This document shows, in pieces, positions 1 to 9,582 of a DNA stretch of 64,000 nt. The notes under the pieces are model-generated. The model was not told the origin of the DNA. It did no database searches and saw nothing but the letters and a program-made list of their open reading frames with translations. The stretch comes from Fibrobacteria bacterium (GTDB taxonomy: Bacteria; Fibrobacterota; Chitinivibrionia; Chitinivibrionales; FEN-1185): positions 1 through 64,000 of the forward strand of contig JBBIGR010000023.1 in NCBI GenBank assembly GCA_037447435.1, in the 5' to 3' direction. The position numbers were made by a program, and so were the translations under genes. Each line of letters opens with the position of its first letter. The stretch's first letter is position 1.

Positions 1-567
1 GAGTTCGACGGCGGCGGTGCGATATGGGTACGCGGAGGAAGGTTCAAAGTTGTCAACTGCCGATTTTTCAATAACTGGTGCGCTGAGGCCGGCCCCGATG
101 TCGGCGGCGGTGCGATACGCGTTTTCGATCAGTATCAAAACCTTCCCGTGTATATTGTAAACTCAACCTTCGGCGGGGTGCAGGGGTTGGGTAACAGCGG
201 CGCAAACGGGGGAGCCATCAGCAGCATCGGCGTTTCTTGGAGCATCTTCAACTCCCTGTTTTCCTATAATAAAGCAATTGGCAACGGCGGAAATCCCGCG
301 GATGCCGGAACTGTCGGCGGCAGCGGCGGCGCAATTTACAATGACGGCAATTTCATGACCCTGTCGATATTCGGAAGTTTAATCGAATATAATCAGGTTA
401 ATGCCTATGGGGCCGCAATATTCTTTGTCACAAACGACCATACGGGGATAGTGCATGTGGAGAATTCGACGTCGCGAAACAATATCGGCGGTTCGTGGTA
501 TGAACTGCCGGGGATTTCCATGCACAGCGACACGAAGCGGGAAATAATAAATTCGACGATTGAATAA
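1..567 (+). CDS. 5'-truncated secreted beta-helix / polymorphic-membrane-protein-like protein (GGAI repeats)
   Basis: Frame is open from base 1 (EFDGGGAIWVRGGRFKVVNCRFFNN...). It carries repeated GGAI and FxxN motifs (GGGAIW, GGGAIR, GGAISS, GGAIYN). Stop at 567. Confidence 0.65.
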   Translation, partial: EFDGGGAIWVRGGRFKVVNCRFFNNWCAEAGPDVGGGAIRVFDQYQNLPVYIVNSTFGGVQGLGNSGANGGAISSIGVSWSIFNSLFSYNKAIGNGGNPADAGTVGGSGGAIYNDGNFMTLSIFGSLIEYNQVNAYGAAIFFVTNDHTGIVHVENSTSRNNIGGSWYELPGISMHSDTKREIINSTIE

Positions 568-609
568 TGATAATCGGTTTCGGGGGAAATCGCATTATGG
601 AAATAAGAA

Positions 610-1467
610 TCACTCAATAACCAAATGAATATCCAAGGCCTTTACGCTATGTGTGATCGCGCCGACGGAAATGAAATCCACTCCTGTCTCGGCTATTGAA
701 ACAATGGTTTCGGCGCTCACGTTTCCGCTCGCTTCGAGCTCCACGTGCGGTTTTTTTTGGGCTTTAATGTCAACGCAGGTCTTCATATCGGAAACCGACA
801 TGTTGTCGAGCATGATGCGCTGTATGGGCAGCCCGATGACCTGGGAAAACTCCTCCACCGATTGGATTTCGACTTCGATTGCGACTCGCGAACCGGTCGA
901 CTGGACATACGATAAAGCGCGTTTTGCCGCCTGCGCAGGGCCGCCTGCGGCTTTGACATGGGTGTCTTTGATGAGGATCATGTCGAACAGGCCGAACCGG
1001 TGATTGACGCCGCCGCCATGAACGACAGCCTCTTTTTCGAGTTTCCTCAAAAGCGGCGTGGTTTTTCTTGTGTCAAGAAGTTTTGCCTTGGTGTGGGCAA
1101 TCCGTCGCATGAGGGTATTGGTCGCGGTTGCGACACCGCTGAGATGCTGAAGAAAGTTCAGGGCAAGCCGTTCGCCTGCTAAAATCGCGTGCACATTTCC
1201 CGTGAGCGTGCAAATTTTGCTTTGCAAACCGAGTGAAGTGCCGTTTTCAAGCGCCAGGGCAATATGCATAGCGGGGTCGAGTGAGGAAAAAATCGGCGCG
1301 ATAAGGTGGGCGCCCGATAATATTCCGTGTTGTTTACTTTTAATGATTGCCGAGGCCTTTGCATCGGCGTCAAACAAAGCTTTGGTCGTAATATCGCCGT
1401 CGTTGCCCAGGTCTTCCTTAAGCGCGGAAGCGATTAAATTTTGGTATTCGAACGATAAAATGGTCAT
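610..1467 (-). CDS. nadC: nicotinate-nucleotide diphosphorylase (carboxylating), QPRTase
   Basis: Motifs EDL..GDITT, ERLALNFLQHLSGVAT, LDTRKTTP, NHRFGLFDMILIKDTH, IMLDN, EASG, VDFISVGAITHS. Likely ATG at 1467 overlaps the upstream stop (TAATG); the ORF track extends to 1482. Confidence 0.95.
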   Translation of the reverse strand: MTILSFEYQNLIASALKEDLGNDGDITTKALFDADAKASAIIKSKQHGILSGAHLIAPIFSSLDPAMHIALALENGTSLGLQSKICTLTGNVHAILAGERLALNFLQHLSGVATATNTLMRRIAHTKAKLLDTRKTTPLLRKLEKEAVVHGGGVNHRFGLFDMILIKDTHVKAAGGPAQAAKRALSYVQSTGSRVAIEVEIQSVEEFSQVIGLPIQRIMLDNMSVSDMKTCVDIKAQKKPHVELEASGNVSAETIVSIAETGVDFISVGAITHSVKALDIHLVIE

Positions 1468-3653
1468 TAAAACCCTCGCCACAGGCCTAAGGAGATTTCA
1501 AATACGTTGTCGACTCCGGAATCGACTTTGTTGTTATAGTTGACGGTGCGGGTACTCAAATCAAGGAAATAGAATTCCATATTTGCCGATAGCCCTATAT
1601 TGAAGAAAAGCGGTTTCGTGATCAGGTCGAGCCCGGCTAAAAACCCCCACGATGGCATAGGCGAATAAGAGGGATAAAGGTCGGTTCTGCTTTGACCGAA
1701 ATAAATCGAACCGTATTTGATGGCCTTGTAAAAACTGTCGCTTACGGTAAAGGATAATTGGAAATCAATGCCCGACATATTTGCGGACGGGTCGGTCACA
1801 AGCGGGTGGCGGTTAAAAATAGTCGGAGAGAAATTGATTTTGATTTCAGATCCTTTTGGCCAATTGACGCCGAATCCGCATTCGATTCGTCCGTCGAATT
1901 TGCTTTTTGAGAGTATCGTGTTTTGCGTAAACAATGTATCCTGTCGTCCGCCGGGCATAATGACACGGGCCCTGTTCGACATGTAAAAAGAATGGAATTG
2001 CCCTTGTATGAGCCTGCCGCTTTCCAAAAGAAGCCCCAGTTTCAGGAACATCCCGGTCCAATTAAAAGAAACGTCCGGCACGCGGAGAACAAATCCGTCC
2101 ATGGCAAGTCCTGAAATTTTTTGTGCAAATTCCACGCTCGTTAGAGCGTAAAAATCGTATTCGTTGATCAAGTCGACCCCGATGTCGACTTGATATATAA
2201 AGGCATTCATTGCCGAATCGAGGACGCGTGTCAATGAATCCGCAACTAAGAGCGTATCGAAACGGTACACGGACTTATCCGAAGGCTTTTGATATTGCGA
2301 GGCGTCATAATAAAATCCTGCGCCGAAATGGTATATTGCCGGTTCGTACTGCACCTGTAGCCCGCCGATGGAAAACGACGACAGGTCTGCGATAAATACA
2401 TGTCCCAAAATGTCTCCGGTCTGCAATTGCGCTTGCAAACCGAGTGGATGAAAAAGGGAATACTGGTTTTTTGCGTTAAAATCATCCACGACAAGACCGT
2501 CGCCAAGGGAAAAATGGTCGAGGCAACCGAGTTTGACGAATGTCGAGTCGCCGAAAGGGCCGATGCTGATATGGTCGACAAGGTCAAAAATGCCTTCGGT
2601 GGAAGAAAAATTATACAATGACAATTGTCCCGTGTAGTTTGCTTGGAGCGGAAAACGAATTCCTGCGCTGAACTGGGGGGTCGAATATGATCCTGTAACG
2701 GTAAAACAAGGAAATGCGGAGCCTATGGCCATTGAAAGCGTGTTGTTTTCCTCCAACATAAGCGGGCCTTCTTTGTACAAATCGGGCTTGCGATACAGGG
2801 AAAATTGCGAGGTGACTTTTTCCCTTTCGGTAAGTATTGCCCCGTATATTTTGTTAAGGCTGAACGGGATCTTGTACATGCCCTGATCCGCGTTTTTGCC
2901 GTATTGTTGGGCCATCATTGCTTGGGAAAGCGAGGTTTGGCCGGTCCCTTTGTCTTCGGTGGGTTTAATTCCCGCGACTCCCAATTCGGTTTCGATATAG
3001 TCGTCGCCAAAAAAGTGTTTTAGAACCGATACATGGCGCACCGTGATATACAGCGGCGCGGTCGGTTCTTTGCCGGGGAAAATCATTGTGGTTTGGCCGG
3101 AAGAAAGCCGTATACCCTCTTTTTGCGCAATATTCCTGGTTTTCACATTTCCGCCAAGTGTCTGGAATCCGGTTTCACCGGTTTTCGATTCGACAACGGT
3201 CGAAAACGCGCCGTTGTCCGTTTCGCCGACCGCTGTGGACGTGTACACGCTGATATGGCTTTTTGATATCGCCTTGACAAAGCAGCCGCCCGAAAAAAGG
3301 GTCAAATTGACATCGTGAATTGCGCCGCCGGTGTCGCTCTTTACTTCTCGTATATTGACAAGCGCTTTGGAGTTGGACCCGAGGATGGCGACATTTCCCT
3401 GCCCGAATTGCAAAACGATTTTTGCCTGGAAATACGTTTCTATGATGTCGTTGTCGTTTATCTGGGATCCAACGGCAAGCTTTTCCCAGTCCCGTTTCTG
3501 CACACGCTGGACCTTTGCTCCTCCGTCAAGTGAGATGACGTCGAATACCGCCTGCGAAAACCCTTCGGTGACAAAGACGGCGATAAGCAGACAAAACACC
3601 GGCAATATATTTTTCAATGATACGTTCATTTCTTTGGTAAAACAGGTTTGCAT
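1467..3653 (-). CDS. FecR-domain secreted/outer-membrane protein
   Basis: Signal peptide, then a FecR-like N-terminal beta domain (WEKLAVGSQINDNDIIET...LGSNS...T.TAVG). The C-terminal half is aromatic and strand-rich and ends in Phe (WRGF), like a beta-barrel. Confidence 0.6.
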   Translation of the reverse strand: MQTCFTKEMNVSLKNILPVFCLLIAVFVTEGFSQAVFDVISLDGGAKVQRVQKRDWEKLAVGSQINDNDIIETYFQAKIVLQFGQGNVAILGSNSKALVNIREVKSDTGGAIHDVNLTLFSGGCFVKAISKSHISVYTSTAVGETDNGAFSTVVESKTGETGFQTLGGNVKTRNIAQKEGIRLSSGQTTMIFPGKEPTAPLYITVRHVSVLKHFFGDDYIETELGVAGIKPTEDKGTGQTSLSQAMMAQQYGKNADQGMYKIPFSLNKIYGAILTEREKVTSQFSLYRKPDLYKEGPLMLEENNTLSMAIGSAFPCFTVTGSYSTPQFSAGIRFPLQANYTGQLSLYNFSSTEGIFDLVDHISIGPFGDSTFVKLGCLDHFSLGDGLVVDDFNAKNQYSLFHPLGLQAQLQTGDILGHVFIADLSSFSIGGLQVQYEPAIYHFGAGFYYDASQYQKPSDKSVYRFDTLLVADSLTRVLDSAMNAFIYQVDIGVDLINEYDFYALTSVEFAQKISGLAMDGFVLRVPDVSFNWTGMFLKLGLLLESGRLIQGQFHSFYMSNRARVIMPGGRQDTLFTQNTILSKSKFDGRIECGFGVNWPKGSEIKINFSPTIFNRHPLVTDPSANMSGIDFQLSFTVSDSFYKAIKYGSIYFGQSRTDLYPSYSPMPSWGFLAGLDLITKPLFFNIGLSANMEFYFLDLSTRTVNYNNKVDSGVDNVFEISLGLWRGF

Positions 3654-3865
3654 GAATAGGCCGGAATATAAGACTATGAAATTGCAGATATTCCTACCTA
3701 ATGGTAAAATAATATCCTCTGCATATCAAGGGTCACGAATACCATTATGATAAAAAAACAGTCCGAAACATTGATTTGCCTGTTTACCGTTCATGCGGTC
3801 ATCATATTTGTTTTATCGGTTTTGCTTTTTATCGCCAAATGGTTTCCATATGGAACCTATATCAA

Positions 3866-5686
3866 ATGGATGCAGCAATGGCTTTACAGAGTTTTTTAAG
3901 CCTCGGATTTACCGCTGCTTTTTTTCTGCTCCTTTTCGGCATCGGATCATTTATCCTGGAGAAAGCCTCGATCCGATGCAATGACCCGCTATTGCGGCTT
4001 TGCATGAGCATCGGCATCGGTTTTTGCCTGATCGGCAATGCGATGACGGCTGCAAACTTTTTGCATGTTGCCACGCCTATCGCGATCCGGATCGCCAGCA
4101 TCGCCCTGTGTATACTCTTTTTGCCCTATTGCTGGGGCAAACAAAAGGAAATTCTCGGAATAGGCAAATCGGTTCTCAAAACACTGCGCGCGAGTCACCC
4201 CGTTGTTGCGATATGCTTTATTTCTCTTATTTCGGGCTATTTGGCGCTCGCAGTGCTTCCGCCCACGGATTTCGACAGCTTGATGTATCATTTAGCCGTA
4301 GTGAAATTATGGTTGTCCCACGGCGGATTTTTCAACGTGTTTTTCAATCCGCAGGCCGATTTTCCCATGCTTACCGAAATGGTTTCCATGATCGGTCTTG
4401 CCTGGGGAAACGATATTATTTGTAAAACAATGTCCGTAGGCATCAGTTTCGTACTATTCGGCGCGATTGCGGTGATGTGTAAGAACTATTGCGGTACAAC
4501 GCGCATCGTGATTCCCTCGCTGTTGATATTCTTAACTTTTACAAATACAATAACCAATATGCCCGATTGGAACGTGGATACCGCCCAGGCATTATGGACG
4601 CTCCTGGCGGTTTTTTGCATGGACCGTTTCATCGAAACCGATCAACGGCGCAACGCAGTATGCGCGGGCTTGTTTGCCGGTATGGCAATGCAAACCAAAA
4701 TTTTCGGGGTATTTGTGCTGGCCGTATTAGCGGTTCAGGGCGTTGTGGCTTGGCGGCAGTGTTTCAACAAAAAAAAATTACTACAGGGGTTTGCCGTCGT
4801 CGTTCTTATTGCGATTTGTTGCGGATTGCCGTGGTACTGCAAAAGCTATTTATTTAAATCCACCATACTTTCCATGAGTTCACATGCTCTTATTGACAAT
4901 GAATTTAATAGCCCCCTCGGAATCGAAACGCATACCGGCATCATGTTTCTTTTAATCAATAGTGTGGGCCGACTTGTAAGTTGCTTTTGGTCATTTACTT
5001 TGTTTTTGCGTCATCATAGGGCCGATACTTTTGGCCCCTTGCTTCTTGTCGTGCTTCCATTTGCATGTTTTATAAAAATCCCTCAAAAAGTTATGGTGTT
5101 GTTTTACTGTGCAGCGTCATATTTTGTCTGCATCCTTGGAATGGAAATGGCTGTTTTACAATCGGGTTCCAGCATACGGTACTGCGGTTTCATTCTTGCC
5201 GTAGCTTCGGTGCTGATCAGCTGGACAATATCCCGTTTGTCCGAATTGCCAAAAATAAAAAGGATGCTGCAGATAATGGTCGTCGTAATGGTGTTTCTCG
5301 GCGCAACACTTTTTGTCAAACGGTATAACCGGGAATGGAAAGCTCTTTTTACAAATATGCCGCGTGACGCGTACCTATCCTCCGTATTGCCCGAATATCC
5401 GGTAATTTTGTCGATCAATTCCCTTTCGGATAAAGCAACGGTCATGCCGATTTACAATTTCTCGAATTATTACCTGGATGTCCCGTATATCGCGGCGTAC
5501 CGGAACTATGCGTCGGTTCAAGAAATGAAAAAGGATTTTATGGAAAAAAACATTCGCTATATATTTGCAAACGATAAGCTCGATACGGCCGCCAACGCCG
5601 GGGCGTTTCCGCAGATTCTAAAAAAGCAATGTATTGCTAAAAGGAACGGATTTTATTTGTTCAAAATCGACTTAAATGATTTCTGA
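3866..5686 (+). CDS. polytopic membrane protein, ArnT/PMT (GT-C)-like glycosyltransferase
   Basis: Many hydrophobic segments. Loop motif PPTDFDSLMYHL, plus GLFAGMAMQTK and GLPWY, are typical of GT-C-like proteins. Start uncertain (3776-3878). Confidence 0.6.
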   Translation: MDAAMALQSFLSLGFTAAFFLLLFGIGSFILEKASIRCNDPLLRLCMSIGIGFCLIGNAMTAANFLHVATPIAIRIASIALCILFLPYCWGKQKEILGIGKSVLKTLRASHPVVAICFISLISGYLALAVLPPTDFDSLMYHLAVVKLWLSHGGFFNVFFNPQADFPMLTEMVSMIGLAWGNDIICKTMSVGISFVLFGAIAVMCKNYCGTTRIVIPSLLIFLTFTNTITNMPDWNVDTAQALWTLLAVFCMDRFIETDQRRNAVCAGLFAGMAMQTKIFGVFVLAVLAVQGVVAWRQCFNKKKLLQGFAVVVLIAICCGLPWYCKSYLFKSTILSMSSHALIDNEFNSPLGIETHTGIMFLLINSVGRLVSCFWSFTLFLRHHRADTFGPLLLVVLPFACFIKIPQKVMVLFYCAASYFVCILGMEMAVLQSGSSIRYCGFILAVASVLISWTISRLSELPKIKRMLQIMVVVMVFLGATLFVKRYNREWKALFTNMPRDAYLSSVLPEYPVILSINSLSDKATVMPIYNFSNYYLDVPYIAAYRNYASVQEMKKDFMEKNIRYIFANDKLDTAANAGAFPQILKKQCIAKRNGFYLFKIDLNDF

Positions 5687-7015
5687 GCCTTTTTTTACCA
5701 GCCACAAGGCCCCGACTTTTTCGTGGAACGTTTGCAGGGGAAGTTTTGTTTTCAGCACGCAGTTGAAAAAATTATACTTTCGTAAATCATGGTCTATGAT
5801 TTGGTCTTTCATTTCCGAATACAGGGATGTTCCGGGCATGGGAGTTAAAACCGTGTACCCCGCATAGGTGACTTTTTCCGCATTGGCAAACTCGGCCAAT
5901 GCGTCGAAGTCGGAATCGTCGTAATCGGGCGATACGACGTAATTTCCGCGTATCATGATTCCGTTTTCGTGGAAAATGGAAATAGCCTTTTTTATATTTG
6001 CCGCATCAAGCTGCTTGTTGAATGCTGCAAGCTCATTTTGCCTGAACGATTCGAACCCGCAAATTACTACCTTGAGCCCGGCCTTTGCCATATGCGCAAT
6101 AAGGTCCGGGTTATTTGCGGCCGTATCGCAACGGATGTCCATGATGAAAAACTTATTGAGCCCTTCCTGGTTTATACGGTCGAAAAGGCGTCTCGCATAA
6201 TCCGCGTCAATCACCGAATTTGCATCGGCAAACCGTACCACGCCGTAATCGGTAAGGGTGCGCAATTCGGAAATGATGCTTTCGATGTCGCGCAGGAAAA
6301 ATCCTCCGTCCCATTGCGGCCAAATCGAGCAAAAGGAACATTTGAACGGGCATCCGAGCGATGTAAATAAATACGTGGCTTTTTGACCGCTTCCGCCCGG
6401 TGCCAGATATGCCGGGAGCCATTGCCGGATAAGAGATCGGTCCGGCATGAGAAAGTCCTTTGTTGCGTAATTCCTCAGCACGGGTTTTCCGGTTGTCGGA
6501 ATCAGTCCCGATTTCGTATTGAGCATACAGCCGGACAGTGTAGACATGTTCTTTTTGGTTTCAAGGGCCAGCGCGATGTCCGCAAACGTATGCGATGCTT
6601 GACCAATACAAATAATGTCCGCGGCAGATCCGGCAAAATCCGTTGGACACAATGTCGGGTGCAATCCGCCGGCCACGGTCAAAATGTTTTTGTCGTATTG
6701 CTTGACTGCTTTTAAAATTGCAATGCTTGAATCGAATTCCGATGCAATGACCGTGATGCCGACTATTGCCGGCGATGTTTTCTTACAATACTCAATGGCC
6801 AGTTCCGCCATATCCGGCGCGTTTTCATTGCAATCATATTCGGCTTTCATGTCCAGAACAGTAACATCGTGATGTCTCACTGCAGCGGCAACGGTTAAAA
6901 GACCAAGCGGCGGACCTATCAGTTTTTTATGGATAAAACGTTTTGCCGCTTCGGGCGCAAAAGTCCGAATTGCATTAAACGGCGATCGCGGAGGATTAAT
7001 AAGAAGAATATTCAT
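5672..7015 (-). CDS. cobalamin-binding radical SAM enzyme (class B methyltransferase, HpnR/BchE-like)
   Basis: N-terminal B12-binding domain (ILLINPP...PPLGLL.VAA, VAGGLHPT). CxxxCxxC is GCPFKCSFC; also GFES and LTPMPGT. The C-terminal DLRKYNFFNCVLKTKLPL resembles HpnR-like proteins. Confidence 0.85.
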   Translation of the reverse strand: MNILLINPPRSPFNAIRTFAPEAAKRFIHKKLIGPPLGLLTVAAAVRHHDVTVLDMKAEYDCNENAPDMAELAIEYCKKTSPAIVGITVIASEFDSSIAILKAVKQYDKNILTVAGGLHPTLCPTDFAGSAADIICIGQASHTFADIALALETKKNMSTLSGCMLNTKSGLIPTTGKPVLRNYATKDFLMPDRSLIRQWLPAYLAPGGSGQKATYLFTSLGCPFKCSFCSIWPQWDGGFFLRDIESIISELRTLTDYGVVRFADANSVIDADYARRLFDRINQEGLNKFFIMDIRCDTAANNPDLIAHMAKAGLKVVICGFESFRQNELAAFNKQLDAANIKKAISIFHENGIMIRGNYVVSPDYDDSDFDALAEFANAEKVTYAGYTVLTPMPGTSLYSEMKDQIIDHDLRKYNFFNCVLKTKLPLQTFHEKVGALWLVKKGSEII

Positions 7016-7482
7016 ACGGCCTTAAACGCATGGACTATTGCAGTCATATGGTTTTTTGTCCAAAGCGGTTGCGAGGTCCTGTTGCTCATTTTTCGCGTAT
7101 GCTTGGCTTTCTTTTCTAAAAAAGCGCCTGAAAGAATTTTTACCGTATAAGAAATATCCGGAAAGCAGGACGCGAGTTGACGAGAAATGCTGAATTTGCA
7201 TTTTTGAGGGTCGTCCGAATAGAAGAATTCGCAGTCGGTAAAATTATAGGGCTCAGGTAAAACTTTTTGCAAAGCTTCTTTTGTGCAAAACGAAGCGCAA
7301 AGCCCGATTGCCGGGTGTACAAGGGTCTTACAATGGGATTTTTCTTTTTTCGTGAAAACAAAGGGAAAAAAATCCAAAGGCGCGTTTTCCCATTGAACAA
7401 ACCTGTCGATATGCTCCGAATCGATTCCGCATCCAACGCATCGGACGCAGGAACTACATGTCCAGGTTAACGATGTTGTCAC
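7012..7482 (-). CDS. 4'-phosphopantetheinyl transferase, catalytic half (AcpS/Sfp C-domain-like)
   Basis: GCGIDSE (GxDxE), FTKKE and SFCTKEALQK (KEA motif) are present. The SISH motif is absent. GTG start overlaps the ACP gene. Confidence 0.7.
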   Translation of the reverse strand: MTTSLTWTCSSCVRCVGCGIDSEHIDRFVQWENAPLDFFPFVFTKKEKSHCKTLVHPAIGLCASFCTKEALQKVLPEPYNFTDCEFFYSDDPQKCKFSISRQLASCFPDISYTVKILSGAFLEKKAKHTRKMSNRTSQPLWTKNHMTAIVHAFKAV

Positions 7483-7762
7483 CGTGTTTTACAATTTTTA
7501 AGGTGAGAGTTACAACGTCTCCGATTGTCGTTGCCGGCTTTTTCATCAGGTGTTTGCCAAGAGTTTTAAGCTCTATTTTTAAATTGTATTTTTTTCGAAC
7601 AATTTCCAAAAGCGATAAAAGCATGAGCGAATCGCCTTCAAGTTCCTCTATAATGTTGGTTGAATCAACGAGTTTTGCAATATCTGTATCGCATTCCTCT
7701 GCAAAAAATTCATAGACGAGGCCCTTAATGTCATCATTGATTTTTTGATCGATTTCTGCCAT
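7454..7762 (-). CDS. acyl carrier protein
   Basis: 102 aa, acidic N-half, LEGDSL phosphopantetheine attachment motif, TIGDVV near the C-terminus, AGGAG RBS upstream. Confidence 0.85.
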   Translation of the reverse strand: MAEIDQKINDDIKGLVYEFFAEECDTDIAKLVDSTNIIEELEGDSLMLLSLLEIVRKKYNLKIELKTLGKHLMKKPATTIGDVVTLTLKIVKHGDNIVNLDM

Positions 7763-7832
7763 CGACGGCGTTGCTCCTATAATTAAAGATAATAAATAAG
7801 GTTTTTAAAATACTTTTTTTACACTATACTTA

Positions 7833-7854
7833 TACGATTTTTTAAACAATCGTA
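7833..7854. promoter_or_regulatory. 22-bp near-perfect palindrome between the divergent arms of the lipid cluster (candidate operator)
   Basis: TACGATT-T-TTTAAA-C-AATCGTA, one mismatched pair, in an AT-rich intergenic region. Confidence 0.4.
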
Positions 7855-7953
7855 AAAACAAGTTTTTTTCCGAATTCGGCTTTCCAACCCTTAAATATGC
7901 TTTTTAGAATGGTGCTGGATTTAATCTTAAGACGTTGTGTATTTTATCTGCTC

Positions 7954-8364
7954 ATGAATTTAAAGCCTAATTTCTCAATGCAGGTAACGGTAGAATTTGA
8001 GGACGTGGATTCGTATCGCATTGCGCATCATACGAAACTTATCGCATATCTCGAGCGAGCGCGCGTACGTTTTTTTTCAAACACGGGGTTCGACCTTGCC
8101 GCACCCGATATGGTTCTGGTTTTATATCACCTGGAAACCCAATTTAAAAAACCCGCGTTTTTTCAGGACGAGCTTTCAATTGGGGTGCATATCAAATCCT
8201 TCGACAGCTTCAGGCTCGTGCTGGGGTATAAAATTTTTCGTGACAAAGACCTTATTGCCCGGGCAACGACCGGATTATGTTTCGTGGATCCCGTCACCAA
8301 GGTTATGATTGCGGCGCCCGACAAATACGTCGATAAATTGACGCATGCATTACAGGGGGAATGA
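7954..8364 (+). CDS. acyl-CoA/ACP thioesterase (YbgC/4HBT hotdog fold)
   Basis: VEFEDVDSYRIAHH...YLERAR and FKKPAFFQDEL match the YbgC/FadM pattern. Start uncertain (7897-7978). Confidence 0.85.
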   Translation: MNLKPNFSMQVTVEFEDVDSYRIAHHTKLIAYLERARVRFFSNTGFDLAAPDMVLVLYHLETQFKKPAFFQDELSIGVHIKSFDSFRLVLGYKIFRDKDLIARATTGLCFVDPVTKVMIAAPDKYVDKLTHALQGE

Positions 8365-8373
8365 AAACGATTT

Positions 8374-9582
8374 ATGCCTGAACAAGTGGTAATTACCGGT
8401 CTTGGCTGCGTGAGCGGTCTGGGGCTAGATGTCGCATCTTCGTGGAAAGCGCTTGTATCCGGAACAAACCCGGTCAAAAGATTTTCCCTTTTCGACCCGC
8501 TCGATTTGCCCAATTTCTTCGGCGTCGAATTGGCCGACGGCGCGCAGGACTTGTTTACTACTCATATAAAACCGAGAAGCCGTTCGCAAATGACCAGAGC
8601 GACCATGATCGCCGTCGCGGCGGCGGACATGGCGGTCTCCGACGCGCAGCTGGATTTTGCCGCTTGTAATGCATCCCGCATCGGCGTTGTTTCAGGGGCA
8701 ACCGGAACCGGATACGGCTTTGTCGGGGAAAAAGACGAGCTGCGGATTTTACGCAATATGGCAAACGCGTCGGCCTCATGGATAAGCCTGCGTCATAAAT
8801 GTCAAGGACCGTCGTACGTCGTCAGTACGGCATGTTCGTCTGGCGCATATGCGCTCAGTTGCGCCTACGACCTCGTTGCCTACGGCCAATGCGATATCGT
8901 CATTGCCGGCTCGGCCGATTCTTCCATAAATTTCCCCGATGTTCAGGGATTCTGCAGTCTCATGGCATTGTCCGAAGAAAAGGACTTTGTCAACGCTTGT
9001 CGGCCGTTCGATGCGCGGCGGAACGGATTTGTCATGGGCGAGGGCGGCGGCATGCTTATCGTCGAATCGTCCGGACATGCCGCAAAACGCGACGCGCACA
9101 TCTATGCGAGGCTGCAAAGACCGGCTTTGACAAGCGAAGCGTACAATATATTGTCTCCCCAGCCCGGCGGCATCGGCATGGCGCAGGCTATGGAGCGGGC
9201 TTTGGCAAATGCGCAATTAATACCGGGCGATATCGATTACATCAATGCGCATGGAACGTCCACGCCCTACAACGACCTGTATGAAACCCAGGCGATCAAA
9301 TCGGTTTTCGGCGACGCGGCCTTCCGCATACCCGTTTCCTCGACCAAGCCGCAAACCGGGCATTGCCTGGCGGGCGCCGCCGGCGTCGAGGCGGTATTAT
9401 GCGTCAAGGCTTTGTGCGAAGGCGTCGTTCCGGCGACCATAAACCTTTCCCAGGCCGATCCGGAATGCGATCTGGATTATGTTCCCTTGACCTGCAGAAA
9501 AAAAACAATGAAACATATCATGTCCAATTCCTTTGCATTTGGCGGACACAACGGCGTATGCATATTTTCGGCATATGAGTAG
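8374..9582 (+). CDS. fabF: beta-ketoacyl-ACP synthase II family
   Basis: VVITGLG, STACSSG (Cys), RPFDARRNGFVMGEG, INAHGTST (His), TGHCLAGAAGVE (His), SNSFAFGGHN. The Cys-His-His triad is intact. Confidence 0.9.
   Translation: MPEQVVITGLGCVSGLGLDVASSWKALVSGTNPVKRFSLFDPLDLPNFFGVELADGAQDLFTTHIKPRSRSQMTRATMIAVAAADMAVSDAQLDFAACNASRIGVVSGATGTGYGFVGEKDELRILRNMANASASWISLRHKCQGPSYVVSTACSSGAYALSCAYDLVAYGQCDIVIAGSADSSINFPDVQGFCSLMALSEEKDFVNACRPFDARRNGFVMGEGGGMLIVESSGHAAKRDAHIYARLQRPALTSEAYNILSPQPGGIGMAQAMERALANAQLIPGDIDYINAHGTSTPYNDLYETQAIKSVFGDAAFRIPVSSTKPQTGHCLAGAAGVEAVLCVKALCEGVVPATINLSQADPECDLDYVPLTCRKKTMKHIMSNSFAFGGHNGVCIFSAYE

Noticed and set aside
7763..7953. Cobalamin riboswitch upstream of the B12 radical SAM operons (also 17540-17640)
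   Set aside because: No B12-box or conserved riboswitch core was recognised. The regions are short and/or AT-rich.
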